This document shows, in pieces, positions 1 through 11,604 of a stretch of DNA of 64,000 bases; the stretch's first letter is position 1; every line of letters begins with the position of its first letter. Position numbers and translations under genes: made by a program. The notes beneath the pieces are model-generated. The model was not told where the DNA came from. It saw only the letters and a program-made list of their open reading frames with translations, and did no database searches. The stretch comes from Rhynchopus sp. YZ270_cl-10 (taxonomy: Eukaryota): positions 558,001 through 622,000 of the forward strand of contig OZ037838.1 of the NCBI GenBank assembly GCA_964035575.1. The letters run 5' to 3'.

Positions 1-1833
1 GGCGAGGACTGGGGTGCGGAAGCAGACACCATGCGACAAGTGTACATGACATATGTGCTGCCCGTGCTCACCTACGGGATAGGAGTGTGGGGACACGCAC
101 TGCCCAAGAAGAACCGAACCCATCTTGAGACCCTCCACCACGGCGCAGCCAGACTGATCACCGGCTGTCTACGCACCACAGCGACGGAGAACCTTCTCTG
201 GGAGGCGAACCTACGATCAATCGCTGAAATTGCACAAGCGGAAGGAGCAAAGCTGTACGAGCGCGCCAACCGCATACATGACTCGCCCGCGTACACCGCC
301 GTGCAGTCAACCAAAAAACACTCCAACACTACATGGCTTAGAGCAGCCACGAACACCGTTGAGGAAACAAAGATGTACACTCAGCACACAACTCGGAGCA
401 CCATTGCGCTCCACTACCCTGTGCCCCCCTGGCAATGGGAGGAAGTACAGGATAAGCTTACGCTGCACCCCACCATCCCAGGAGTCCTCCGAGCGGACTC
501 TAAACAAACCAAAGAGGAAGCTCTGGAAAAAACGCAGGAGGCCCTCGACAAGCTACCCCAGTACGACTACAGCACGTACACCGACGGATCACTGTCCGAC
601 ACGAACATCGGCGGGGCGGGATGTGCAGTGACGGACGCTGACGACAACATGATCCACGTCTTCGGCAAGGGGGCAGGCAGGCGATGCGTGGCCTACCAAG
701 CCGAGCAGACGGCAATCCGTGAGGCACTCACCGACCTTGCAAACCGCACCACTACCACCAAACACGCGAGAGTGGCGATCCTCACAGACAGCCAGTCCTC
801 AATCCGCGCCCTAGAGGGAGGACCACAGAAGGCTGTCGAGCATTCACTGCACGACATATGGCGTGCGATACACACACTCACGCGCAAAGGAGTACGCGTA
901 GACTTCCAGTACGTCCCAAGCCATATCGGCCTACCTGGAAACGAAGCTGCGGACAAAGAGGCAAAGCGGCACGCGAACGCCATGGTACCACAGCTGGAAC
1001 CCATAGCGATGATGACGGCCGCCTCTCAGATCAAGAGGGTGGCAGCGCAGCTCACCGTCACACCCACCGAAGACAGCGCATATGCGTGCCAGCACACCGA
1101 CGCCAAAGCGAAGACGAAGATACAACTCCGCCACCCGCAACTCCGCCCACAACGACTGACACGTAAGGGAGCGCGTGAGATGAGACTCCTGCGCACAAGA
1201 CGACACCCCCTCCTGTACACGGACAGGAGCCACAACGACACCCCCAACTGCAAGGCGTGCGGAAAGGCGAATGTGACGGCGAAGCACCTTCTGAAGCAAT
1301 GCCCCAAGCTCACCGACAAAAGAGCCAACCTGTGCAGCAACACCTCGTGGGGAACACTCCTCACACAACACCCAGCAGTGGTCCTGGAATTTTTGGTGTC
1401 CTCCGGATTGTCTGATGACACTCTGAGTGACCTTCTGAGGCCAACTGTAACGAACTGAAGAGAACACAACTTTTAGCTTTATTTGCTTTTACTTTTACAT
1501 TACTCATATCAACAAGAGGATACCAACAAAAAAAGAAAACATCAAGAGAACACACCGACCAGCATGTCAGCTGATCACGGGAACCTAAAAAAGGTTTCCA
1601 CTTTTGTCGTCAGGCCAGTGTCCTTAACGATGCTGCCACACCCTGAGGGGGAGGTGTGCTGTCTGTAAACCCTGTGTGGCAAACGGGGAGGTGACCTCCG
1701 TAAAACGGCAACCCGCACGTCCTAGATGTGAAAAACGGCACCAGCTGGGACACGGTCCCGGGTTTACTCTGGATAGAACAAAAAAGAGCGGCCACACTGC
1801 CTCGGCAGCGCTGAAGAGACGAGAGTGAATACC

Positions 1834-1867
<34 letters not shown>
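1..1867 (+). mobile_element. 3' part of a non-LTR retrotransposon (Ingi/I-like group), truncated by the window edge
   Basis: ORF with RNase H and Cys/His knuckle, followed by a ~380 nt 3' UTR ending in an A30 tail (1838-1867). Confidence 0.85.
31..1458 (+). CDS. C-terminal part of retrotransposon polyprotein (RT thumb/connection, RNase H, CCHC-type knuckle); true start lies upstream of window
   Basis: YVLPVLTYG (RT thumb), YTDGS..AE..TDSQS..YVPSHIGLPGNEAAD (RNase H catalytic motifs), CKACGKANVTAKHLLKQC. Confidence 0.88.
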   Translation: MRQVYMTYVLPVLTYGIGVWGHALPKKNRTHLETLHHGAARLITGCLRTTATENLLWEANLRSIAEIAQAEGAKLYERANRIHDSPAYTAVQSTKKHSNTTWLRAATNTVEETKMYTQHTTRSTIALHYPVPPWQWEEVQDKLTLHPTIPGVLRADSKQTKEEALEKTQEALDKLPQYDYSTYTDGSLSDTNIGGAGCAVTDADDNMIHVFGKGAGRRCVAYQAEQTAIREALTDLANRTTTTKHARVAILTDSQSSIRALEGGPQKAVEHSLHDIWRAIHTLTRKGVRVDFQYVPSHIGLPGNEAADKEAKRHANAMVPQLEPIAMMTAASQIKRVAAQLTVTPTEDSAYACQHTDAKAKTKIQLRHPQLRPQRLTRKGAREMRLLRTRRHPLLYTDRSHNDTPNCKACGKANVTAKHLLKQCPKLTDKRANLCSNTSWGTLLTQHPAVVLEFLVSSGLSDDTLSDLLRPTVTN

Positions 1868-1871
<4 letters not shown>

Positions 1872-2450
1872 AGGGCGAAATCATAAAAGTAGCGTACCGT
1901 GCGCCTGCGGCGCAAGCTTACTGTAAATTGTATGACATGGTACTGGGTACTTAACTCAAAAAAGTGGACGGCATCTAAAAATTTCCGCCTGCGGCGCGGC
2001 AGCCCTGACCCAGTTTCCCCCTTTTCTTGTTCAGTCGGCAGGATCACTTGGCCCTTACACTGATGTTGACCAAAAGCCAAGAACTTGTCCATTTCGTCAA
2101 ATTGACCCCACCACAGCGCGGACGGATTCCAAAAATCCCCCACGAACCAGCTTCTGCAGGGGCTTCGCGCGCGAAGCGCGCGAAAAATTTTGCAACCCGA
2201 AAAACACCTCACCCCCCCTATAGGGGAGTCCACGTAGTAGGAATTCCTTAAGAAACCGTGTCACAAACCCATTTTTTTGAGTTTTAGGTTAAGAAATCCA
2301 CTAAAATAGTCGTATTTGGCCCCAAAACCACCTCCCGATCACAAAAATATCTCATTAAAACCACAGACGACCTCAACAGAAGCTTTGTTCCTTAAAAAAA
2401 TCGTGTTTTTCTGAAAAAAAACACGAAAAATGTGTGACAAAAATGTGACG

Positions 2451-2991
2451 CTTATGTCACACTTATGTCACACTTAGCAAATCACACTTTCTAGTTCCAA
2501 AGAGTACCTGTAAAGCCCAAAAACCACTCCCATCATACTGGGGTGAGGTCCGAGGGTGGGAAAATATGCTTTTGGGGCTTTTTTGGCACCGATTTTCGGC
2601 CCCAGAAATAAAATTTTCTGGGAAAAGCATTCATTTTACCCTAAAAATACCCGTTTTTGGGGGTGTTTCCAACATACCAACCCTGAAAAAAATCACCAGA
2701 AAAGTCACCGCAGGCCAGAATTCGGCTCGGAATGGATGCGGGGACATCCAAATAGGCAGAAAACCATACTTTCCAGTAAAAAAAACGCTTTTTTCTGGCC
2801 TGTGAGATGCCCCCCTCCGATGTCACACTTATGTCACACTTAGTGTCACACTTATGTCACACTTATGTCACACTTAGCAAATTACACTTTCTAGTTCCAA
2901 AGAGCACCTGTAAAGACCCAAAAACCATTCCCATCATATTGGGGTGAGGTCCGGGGGTGGGAAAATATAGTTTTGGGGCTTTTTTGGCACC
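2451..2991. repeat. Direct repeat (~2451-2590 and ~2851-2991) with reiterated CTTATGTCACA 11-mers
   Basis: Both copies read cttatgtcacacttagcaaat.acactttctagttccaaagag...ttttggcacc. Confidence 0.75.
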
Positions 2992-3747
2992 CCCAGGAGG
3001 CTACGCTAAATCTCGTAAAAATCGCAAAACCTGAAAAAACCTGCAGAATTTTTGGGGCTTTTTTAGGCAAAAAATAGTGAGGGGAGTTGGGTCCAGTCAT
3101 AGGGGGCATAGCATATTTTTTGTAAAATTCTTCAAAAAAACGAGGATTTTTGCTGGGCACAATGCAAATTTCAGAAAAATCCCAATTTTCGACTGGTCAT
3201 ATTTGGAGCAAATTATGGCCCACCCACCCCGATTTTGTGTCAAAAACCGACTTTGCTCAGAAGTTGTGAGAGGTCCTCCCCTACACTTATTTTCATAAAA
3301 GTGGATCTGGTGGCGACTTGCAGAGCAGTCGTTGCGACACCGCGACAGAGGTTCCAATTCCATTAGCTATTTCCCTGTTCAAGGCTACCAATCCGACACA
3401 AACCACACGATGGAGTGGCCGGACCCTATTGGCCGGACCCCGAGTCAGCCCGGCGGACTCGGGGTGAGCGCTCAGTCCGGATTGGACTGAGTACCCCGCG
3501 CGGACCCTATTTAGGGTACCCCGGTGCGTTGCACCACAACCGAGTGTGAGCAATGACACAAGGGGGTATGACTAGTTGCATGACAAGACTAAATAATGAC
3601 AAGGGCCTAACGCCACTCATTATATACAGGAGTCTTGTCGTTAGTTAGTCTTGTCATGTAACTGGTCATGCACCTTGTCATGGCACATGTCACTTTACAT
3701 GTAAAGTACATGTAAAAAAAGTTACATGGAAAGCACATGTAAAAGCG

Positions 3748-4525
3748 CATGTCATGTCATGTCATGTCATGTCATGTCATGTCATGTCATGTCATGTCAT
3801 GTCATGTCATGTCATGTCATGTCATGTCATGTCATGTCATGTCATGTCATGTCATGTCATGTCATGTCATGTCATGTCATGTCATGTCATGTCATGTCAT
3901 GTCATGTCATGTCATGTCATGTCATGTCATGTCATGTCATGTCATGTCATGTCATGTCATGTCATGTCATGTCATGTCATGTCATGTCATGTCATGTCAT
4001 GTCATGTCATGTCATGTCATGTCATGTCATGTCATGTCATGTCATGTCATGTCATGTCATGTCATGTCATGTCATGTCATGTCATGTCATGTCATGTCAT
4101 GTCATGTCATGTCATGTCATGTCATGTCATGTCATGTCATGTCATGTCATGTCATGTCATGTCATGTCATGTCATGTCATGTCATGTCATGTCATGTCAT
4201 GTCATGTCATGTCATGTCATGTCATGTCATGTCATGTCATGTCATGTCATGTCATGTCATGTCATGTCATGTCATGTCATGTCATGTCATGTCATGTCAT
4301 GTCATGTCATGTCATGTCATGTCATGTCATGTCATGTCATGTCATGTCATGTCATGTCATGTCATGTCATGTCATGTCATGTCATGTCATGTCATGTCAT
4401 GTCATGTCATGTCATGTCATGTCATGTCATGTCATGTCATGTCATGTCATGTCATGTCATGTCATGTCATGTCATGTCATGTCATGTCATGTCATGTCAT
4501 GTCATGTCATGTCATGTCATGTCAT
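3748..4525. repeat. (GTCAT)n microsatellite, ~155 units
   Basis: Perfect 5-mer array; preceded by an imperfect inverted repeat at ~3555-3680. Confidence 0.98.
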
Positions 4526-7039
4526 TTTACTTCACCGTCGTGTATACTCCGGACACGGATACCCACACAGAATACACGGTTACCCAGACATCTGTCAGGC
4601 AATCACTGATTCACTTAACACAGGTCGGGCAGGTGCTGCCTGCCCATCCTCTTTTTCCTGTCTGCTATCGATTCCAGGTTCACAAGGGATACACAAAACC
4701 ACACAAAGCGCGATCGCGCTTCTTCGGCAAAGTGTCGAAATCAGTGCGTCACACGGCCCCTCTAAGCCAGTGATGGCCGCAGACGTGTATGCGTCTGCGG
4801 ACGCTGCAGGTTTTCTCTTAGTGGCTAAGCCAGGGGACCTGAGGTTCAACACCGTTGGGGGCGGGAAAGTGTCGGGGACACTGTATGGGCGGTTCTACGA
4901 CAAGTCCGCTCTAAAACCCTTGTAGACGCGGTGGAATGACAGTAAAGGCAAAGCGCCGCATCCACTAGTGGGCCTGCCGAAGGTGTCCTCATTGGTGATG
5001 GGAGACTGGGTCTAGGAAACCGAGAAAAGGCGACGTGTGGTGTATTAGGTGCCCGCATGCAAATGTGGACTCTGAAGAAGATAAAGAAGACGAGGCACAT
5101 GCGGGGGCAGTGCTATAGTCGAGTCTACGACCGGGCGTGTCTAGTACAGGGCTATTGTAGACTGAGCTGCAAGACCAAGGGTAGGAATTGGGCATTGCCA
5201 TCTCTGAAAGTCATACGAGGTATTTTTTTTCAAAGGGAGGGACCGGGTGAGGCAGTGACGGCAGATCTGATCCATCATTTACGCCAGAATAATTTCCCTT
5301 AACTTTGATCACTCCCCGACCCATTGATGGGCACCTAAGCGCATGACATTGGTCACTACGATCCAAATACGGACTAAAGGTGACCACGTTGTCTTGGTTT
5401 AGCTGTATGCAAACACAATTACCCTACACAATGCCTGGGTACCAAAGCCCGCCTGCCCTGGGACAGGGCTGCGGACACCCCGTCACTTTCCGTGGACTTT
5501 GACTGGAGCCGGCTCCCCTCGAGGGCGCCTCCGTCGTGGAAATACGGCCCTGAGCGACACACTGCTTTTCTTGCGTGGCTGAGGTCTGTTGAGGACAGCA
5601 ACAGTTGCATCAGCAACATTGAGCTGGGTATTAGCTTTGAGGTATACTCAGGCATCTCGCTGCGACAGTGCAAACAGGTCGCCCATGCCCTGTCTGTGCG
5701 TGAGCGGGGGAAGGCGATGTCCCTCTGGCTTCGATGGTTCCGGAAGCACTGCGCCGAGAACAAGCTGGACTGCCCCGTTCCCGGAGAGAAAAGTGACGAT
5801 GCTGCACTGCCTACGGCCTATCGGTGCACCTCCGGTCTGGTGGGCACACTCCACGTGCCAAACTCTGCGCCGGCAGCATCGCCACTATCCTGAAGTACCT
5901 GACGAGGTCCATCAGTTCCCTCTCCGACCGTGACTGGGGCACCTGCCCCCTCCCCGCCTACAACACCACCATCACTGCGCGTGCCGCTCAGTGGACCTCG
6001 CCCTGACGACGCCTGCGTAACAATACCGCCACCCCTGCCACCCCTACAAGCCTTGTTCGACGGGGAACGCCAAGGCAGTGCATCACCATCGTGACCCCTC
6101 CCGTACTACCAGAACCTGAGCCGCCTGCACTGCCTGATACAGTGCCCGACAAACCACCCACAGGTGACCCTGAGCCTGGTCCCACCGCCACAAAAGGGCG
6201 TCAATCAAAAAGAAAACGCTCAACTTCCCCCGAGCATGAAACAAGAATAAAGCGGACTAGAACCGCCTACCCACAACGTCTGCTTCGCCCCCATCTGATG
6301 ATGGACCGGTGGGGAGCAACCTTAGCGTCATCAGTGTGACATCTCCCACACAGGAGAGATCATCAGCGTGTTCATCAGCGGTTACTAAACAGCGTTTTGA
6401 AAAGTGGAGTTCATCCTCGGGTGTCCACACTAAGACAACCCAGTTTTCAAAATATAAAACTGAACACCGGGGAGAGGAGCAGGGTAGCCCTGCCGCCTCG
6501 CGGCAAACTGGGTAGTGCTTTCGCACCGTTCACACTTGTACTGAATATGCGAGACGTCTTCCCAGACCCACGTCACGTCGATAACTCCAGCGCCGAGTTG
6601 TACGCACTGCCGATGCTGGACACCAGAGTGTTGTCCTGCATGGGGCTGTCAGATGGCACATGAGAGCAAGTAGTAACGATGCAAGCACAAAAACACCTCC
6701 ATTTGGAGTTCCCGTTAGGTATGCACTAGAGTTCCGAGCTGCGCCGCAGGCCCCCAATTGCATAGGGGGGTCTGGGGGGCGTATGCTTTACGCCCCCCAG
6801 TGGGGGGTTTGGGGGGCAAAGCCCCCCAATGGGGGGTTCGGGGGGCGAAGCCCCCCGGCGATTTTTTTTGGCCTGAAATTTGCCTTTGCCAAAATCAAAA
6901 ATGAGTTTTGTGAAGGAATTTGCTAAGGAAAACACCCAATAATAGGCCACTGTAGCAGTGCATATGATTCACCCACAGATGCTCAAAACATCAAAATTTT
7001 GCCGTTTTTGAATTTTTCGGTGCACAAGGTCCCAAGGTC

Positions 7040-7460
7040 AGGCCCAAAAAAAAAAATTTTTTTTCCAGGCTTGAAAAAGTAGTTGTCAAATTTTTCAAAA
7101 AAAAAATTTTTTTTTGAAAAAATTTTTCTCGACATCTACTTTTCCAAGCCTGGGAAAATACCGGTAGGGGTACGTCGTAGAGTAAAAACCAATGCAGGAA
7201 AATACCAGTAAAATATCAGTTTTTCTCAGGCTTGGAAAAGTAGTTGTCGAAAAAAAAATTTTGGGAAAAAAAAATTTTTTTTTCGACAACTACTTTTCCC
7301 AGCTTGGAAAAAAAACTGATATTTACTGGTATTGACTGGTATTAACTGAGATTTGACGTAGCCTCCTATAGTGAAACACCCGTTATTTTTTTCAGGCTTG
7401 AAAAAGTAGATGTCGAAAAAAAATTTTTCGTCGAAAAAAAAAAATTTTTTTTTTTGGACC
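7040..7460. repeat. Alternating inverted copies of caggcttg(g)aaaagtagttgtcg with A/T tracts
   Basis: Motif at ~7066, 7227, 7393 and its reverse complement at ~7130, 7283. Confidence 0.6.
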
Positions 7461-7661
7461 CTCGGACCACCTGGCGGGGCCTGTGTTGAAGAAATGTTGA
7501 AAAAAAACCGAAAATTTGGGCTCAAATGGGCATTTTCATGCAGGACCTCTGAAATGTGAATGATTCGTTTTTTTGGCAGAGAAGTGCGTTTTAGGTGCCC
7601 ACAGATGGTCAAAACATCATTTTTTTTGTGTTTTTGGCATGTTTGGACACCCAAGGACCCA

Positions 7662-7948
7662 CTGTGTACCTGTGTACCTGTGTACCTGTGTACCTGTGTA
7701 CCTGTGTACCTGTGTACCTGTGTACCTGTGTACCTGTGTACCTGTGTACCTGTGTACCTGTGTACCTGTGTACCTGTGTACCTGTGTACCTGTGTACCTG
7801 TGTACCTGTGTACCTGTGTACCTGTGTACCTGTGTACCTGTGTACCTGTGTACCTGTGTACCTGTGTACCTGTGTACCTGTGTACCTGTGTACCTGTGTA
7901 CCTGTGTACCTGTGTACCTGTGTACCTGTGTACCTGTGTACCTGTGTA
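7662..7948. repeat. (CTGTGTAC)n minisatellite
   Basis: Perfect 8-mer array. Confidence 0.98.
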
Positions 7949-9914
7949 TTTGGCAAAGACAGTCAGCAAGCCTACATGCTAAAAGTGCGGAAAAAGTGCG
8001 AATAGGTGCGGAAAAAGTGCGAGAAAGTGCGAATCAGACCCCTTCAGCCACACCAAAAAAGTTTAAATTCCCTCCATTACACTCCATTACACCCCATTAC
8101 ACATGAATTACGCCGTGCCCGGGACACCCCAATTTTTTTTGCACCCTCTTTCAAAATTTGGCCGGACAGACCTCAGATTTAGGATATGCCCTGAACTCTT
8201 GACAAAAAAATCCAAAAAAACAACGAATTGCTAAGAAAAGTAACCGGGGTATGCTGTGGAAAACCTCAGTCCGCCGGGCGGACTCGGGGTCTGGCCAAAA
8301 GGGTCCGGCCACTCCACCGTGTGGATTTTGTGTGTGATTGGTATCCTTGAACAGGGAATAGCTAATGGAATTGCAACCTCTGTCGCGGTGTCGCGACGAC
8401 TGCTCTGCAAGTCGCCACCAGATCCACTTTTATGAAAATAAGTGTAGGGGAGGACCTCTGGTTTACGAAATCGTAGGCACTTCTGAGCAAATGAAGTCGG
8501 TTTTTGACACAAAATCGGGGTGGGTGGGCCATAATTTGCTCCAAATATGACCAGTCGAAAATTGGGATTTTTCTGAAATTTGCATTGTGCCCAGCAAAAA
8601 TCCTCGTTTTTTTTGAAGAATTTTCCAAAAAATATGCTATACCCCCTATGACTGGACCCAACTCCCCTCACTATTTTTTGCCTAAAAAAGCCCCAAAAAT
8701 CCTGCAGTTTTTTCAGGTTTTTCCAATTTTACGACATTTAGCGGACCCCCCATTGTGATTTTTTTTTTTGAGATTTTTTCAAAAATCGACTTGTTTTTGG
8801 TAAAAATCACGAAATTTTGGGTTCGCGGAACCGCGTTTTAGACCCCCCTAGATGCTCAAAAGTGCCAAATTTTAACTTTTAATGACCTCAAATCGTCGAA
8901 ATTAGCCCAATATAGGGGCCAAAAAAAAAAAATTCGAGGGTCTAGGTATGGAGAGCGAGCACCTTAGAAGGAAGATCGTACGTAAATTTTTGTGTGTACA
9001 ATTGTACACCCGGTCTGCCGGTCTTTTTCGAGGGTGGGTAGGACCGGCCCTTATAGCCGGTAATCCTTAAGAGCCGGTCTTTTTACGGACCCTAAAGACC
9101 GGCTAAAGACCGGCTATACACACTAATTACGTGTCTGGTCGTTGCCGGTCTATTTACGGATCCCCCATAGACCACCCTAATTATTATGAAACTCTTAGTC
9201 AGTCACTGCTATAGCCATTAACCCAGGGAGCATAGCTAGTGCAAGAAATTCGACTTCGGGATCCGGAAAGTCTGTCCTCTGCTTGCGGAGGACTAGACAC
9301 AAGAAAATATTGCGTTCCCCCAGAAACCAGTTTTTGTCACAGTAATTTTTGCCCAGGGCATGCTCTTGAAGCATGGCGGCTTGGTGTGAGAAGGGGCAGT
9401 GTATTGTTTTGTTCTAGATTTCAACGGTTGTTAGAACGAGTCAAGTGGATGCTTATCTAAACACTGACTTTAGTACAGACCCGAGAGATCACACATGACT
9501 TTGAGGAAAGAACAAAGCAATGCATCTGTACCCGCACGCCAGGTTGTAGTTACTTCAGGATTTTCTTAAGTTTGCATGAAAGAGAAGGGGGCGAAACCTT
9601 TGTATACGTTTACGACGAAGGTAGTAGCCTAATGACAACCATGTGGTGGCTGTAATTCACATCCCTTAGAATTACCAGAATTCAGCCTTTGTTGAAGTAA
9701 CGTGCATACTTGTATGTGCGTGTCACGCTTCTCCACCCTTAAATGGGTGCACGTGCACGAAGATTAGTAGGCAAGTGGTAACCCTTCTCGACTAGTGCAA
9801 ACTTAAGAATTTTCTGATGGAACTTATCAAAATCGATTTTCTCACCCCAAACACCCGCAACACCCCACCTGCTACTTCGGTAGCCTGTGTTGTTGGGAGT
9901 TGGTTCTCATGTTG

Positions 9915-10135
9915 ATCCCCAGTGTTTTGCACTGCTTCTTCTGAGCCCAACGCTGTTTGGCCTGTCGACGTACTAAATACGAAGACAGGGCGGCGGTGCC
10001 AACAATTTTCCGATGATGTAACGTTTATCTGATTGATTTATCGTTTGCTATACCTTTGTGCTACTTCATGCACACCCAAGAAAGGTTATTGAACGGTACT
10101 TTCAAGCGATACTTCGTTATGTCATTGGGGGTACC
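9915..10135. repeat. Dispersed repeat, second copy at ~16572-16795
   Basis: cttcttctgagc.caacgctgtttggcctgtcgacgtactaaatacgaagacaggg...gtcattgggggtac shared. Confidence 0.8.
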
Positions 10136-10347
10136 TGGGTACCTGGTGCCTGTATTTTGACAGGTGGTACCTGTCAAAATGACAGGTGCCACCTGTCAAG
10201 AATTTTCACCTGTCATTTTACTAGTAAAATCACCTGTCATGGCCATAACTAGTCCGTCGTGTAGTTGTACGCTTCCACCAACACAAAAAAAATTATCTCC
10301 AAACAAACATGGACCTATCATCCCAGTTCCCCTCCCCTGGTCACACG

Positions 10348-11411
10348 TCACTCACTGTTGTGTGGGTACAGATGTCTTGTCGCAATGACGCCATCTCGTT
10401 GCATGACCACAACAACACGTGAACACGGTGATATCGCAAAGGACGTATCTGAGTTATGCCGCATCACACGCACACAGGACGTTGTCACCACATCATACTG
10501 GTGCAGCACGTGTGTAGTCCTCACCACAAGGTACTTCCCACACGGGGTGAACTGCATGTCCCTGACACGCCCACCCACATCAACACTGCGAAGAGCCGCA
10601 CCACTCCAATCATAGAGGTGCGCGATACCAGAGACCGCCACAGCACAGACAGAGGCAGACCGTGAAAGCGCCACTGGACACCACCTACCCTCAGGCACAC
10701 ATGCCACAGCTTCACCTGTTCACATCCCAGAGACGTGCGTTCCTCTCAGTGTAGGAGGAGGTGATCACCCACCCACCACAGTGCGATACTGCCATTTTCG
10801 TGCACCCTTCGTGCGAGAGAGAGCGGAGCAACGTCAGGTCTTCGTCATACACAGAGACGACGTTGTGGCCCTTCGAGACAACAACACTGCCACACGCGAC
10901 CACTGACTCTGAAGTTCCGTCGACTTTGCGGACCACCTCCCCACCCGGAAGCGCAACCTCGAGAAAGTAATCCCCACACGCCAGGTAGCAGCGTGTCTTG
11001 CACTGCGAGATGGCAGGTGGACCGTACACTTCACTGTCCACTTCAAACGAGAAGACAGTTTCAAAGGTTTCTGTGTCGAAGCCACCAACATTCCTAGCAT
11101 AAATATATACGCAGAGCGTTCCACAACGCGACAGCGACAAGGTTCCCCTCTGCATTGCACTGTACTCAGCAGGACACTTGATGTCGGCAAAGCGGCGGGC
11201 AAGCACGACCTGCACCCCTGCATCAAACGCAGTGTCCTGCAGACGGCACGTCCCCTCCAGCACCTGCGTGCCGATGCGCATCTCGACAGACGCAGGCGAC
11301 AGCAAGCGCCGTGCACGCAACCTCCTTTGCCGCTGCAACGTCCGCCTCGCACGGCACCTCCACTGTCGCAGTCACGCCTGACTCTTCCAGCACAAAGGTC
11401 ACATCCATCAT
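10348..11411 (-). pseudogene. UBL + 7-bladed beta-propeller family, copy 1 (two 2-bp frameshifts)
   Basis: Full-length homology to intact copies; missing GA at ~11299 and TG at ~10718. Confidence 0.85.
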
Positions 11412-11604
11412 ATTGTTAAGGGTTCTGTTGTGTTTGATGTGATGGTTGGTGGTGTCACTTCGCAACGACAAATAAGAAGGTTGGTGGGTTAAATTCGCGT
11501 TCCTGCAACAAGACAAAAGGGGGTTCTTGTGTCTTGGGTTGTTGTTTTGCTGGTACCCTGGGGTATATTCATCACCACCCTCCCTCCCCTCCCCTGGTCA
11601 CACA

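Larger units (their letters stand above)
3005..8742. mobile_element. Large foldback-like element with ~460 bp inverted arms (3005-3459 / 8268-8742)
   Basis: Arms are reverse complements (e.g. aaaaaatagtgaggggagttgggtccagtcatagggg vs ccctatgactggacccaactcccctcactattttt). Confidence 0.7.

Noticed and set aside
3726..4925. Long ORFs over satellites (MSCHV, VHRYTGTQ, YTV/HSI, GFTGSRVH repeats)
   Set aside because: Artefacts of stop-free tandem repeats
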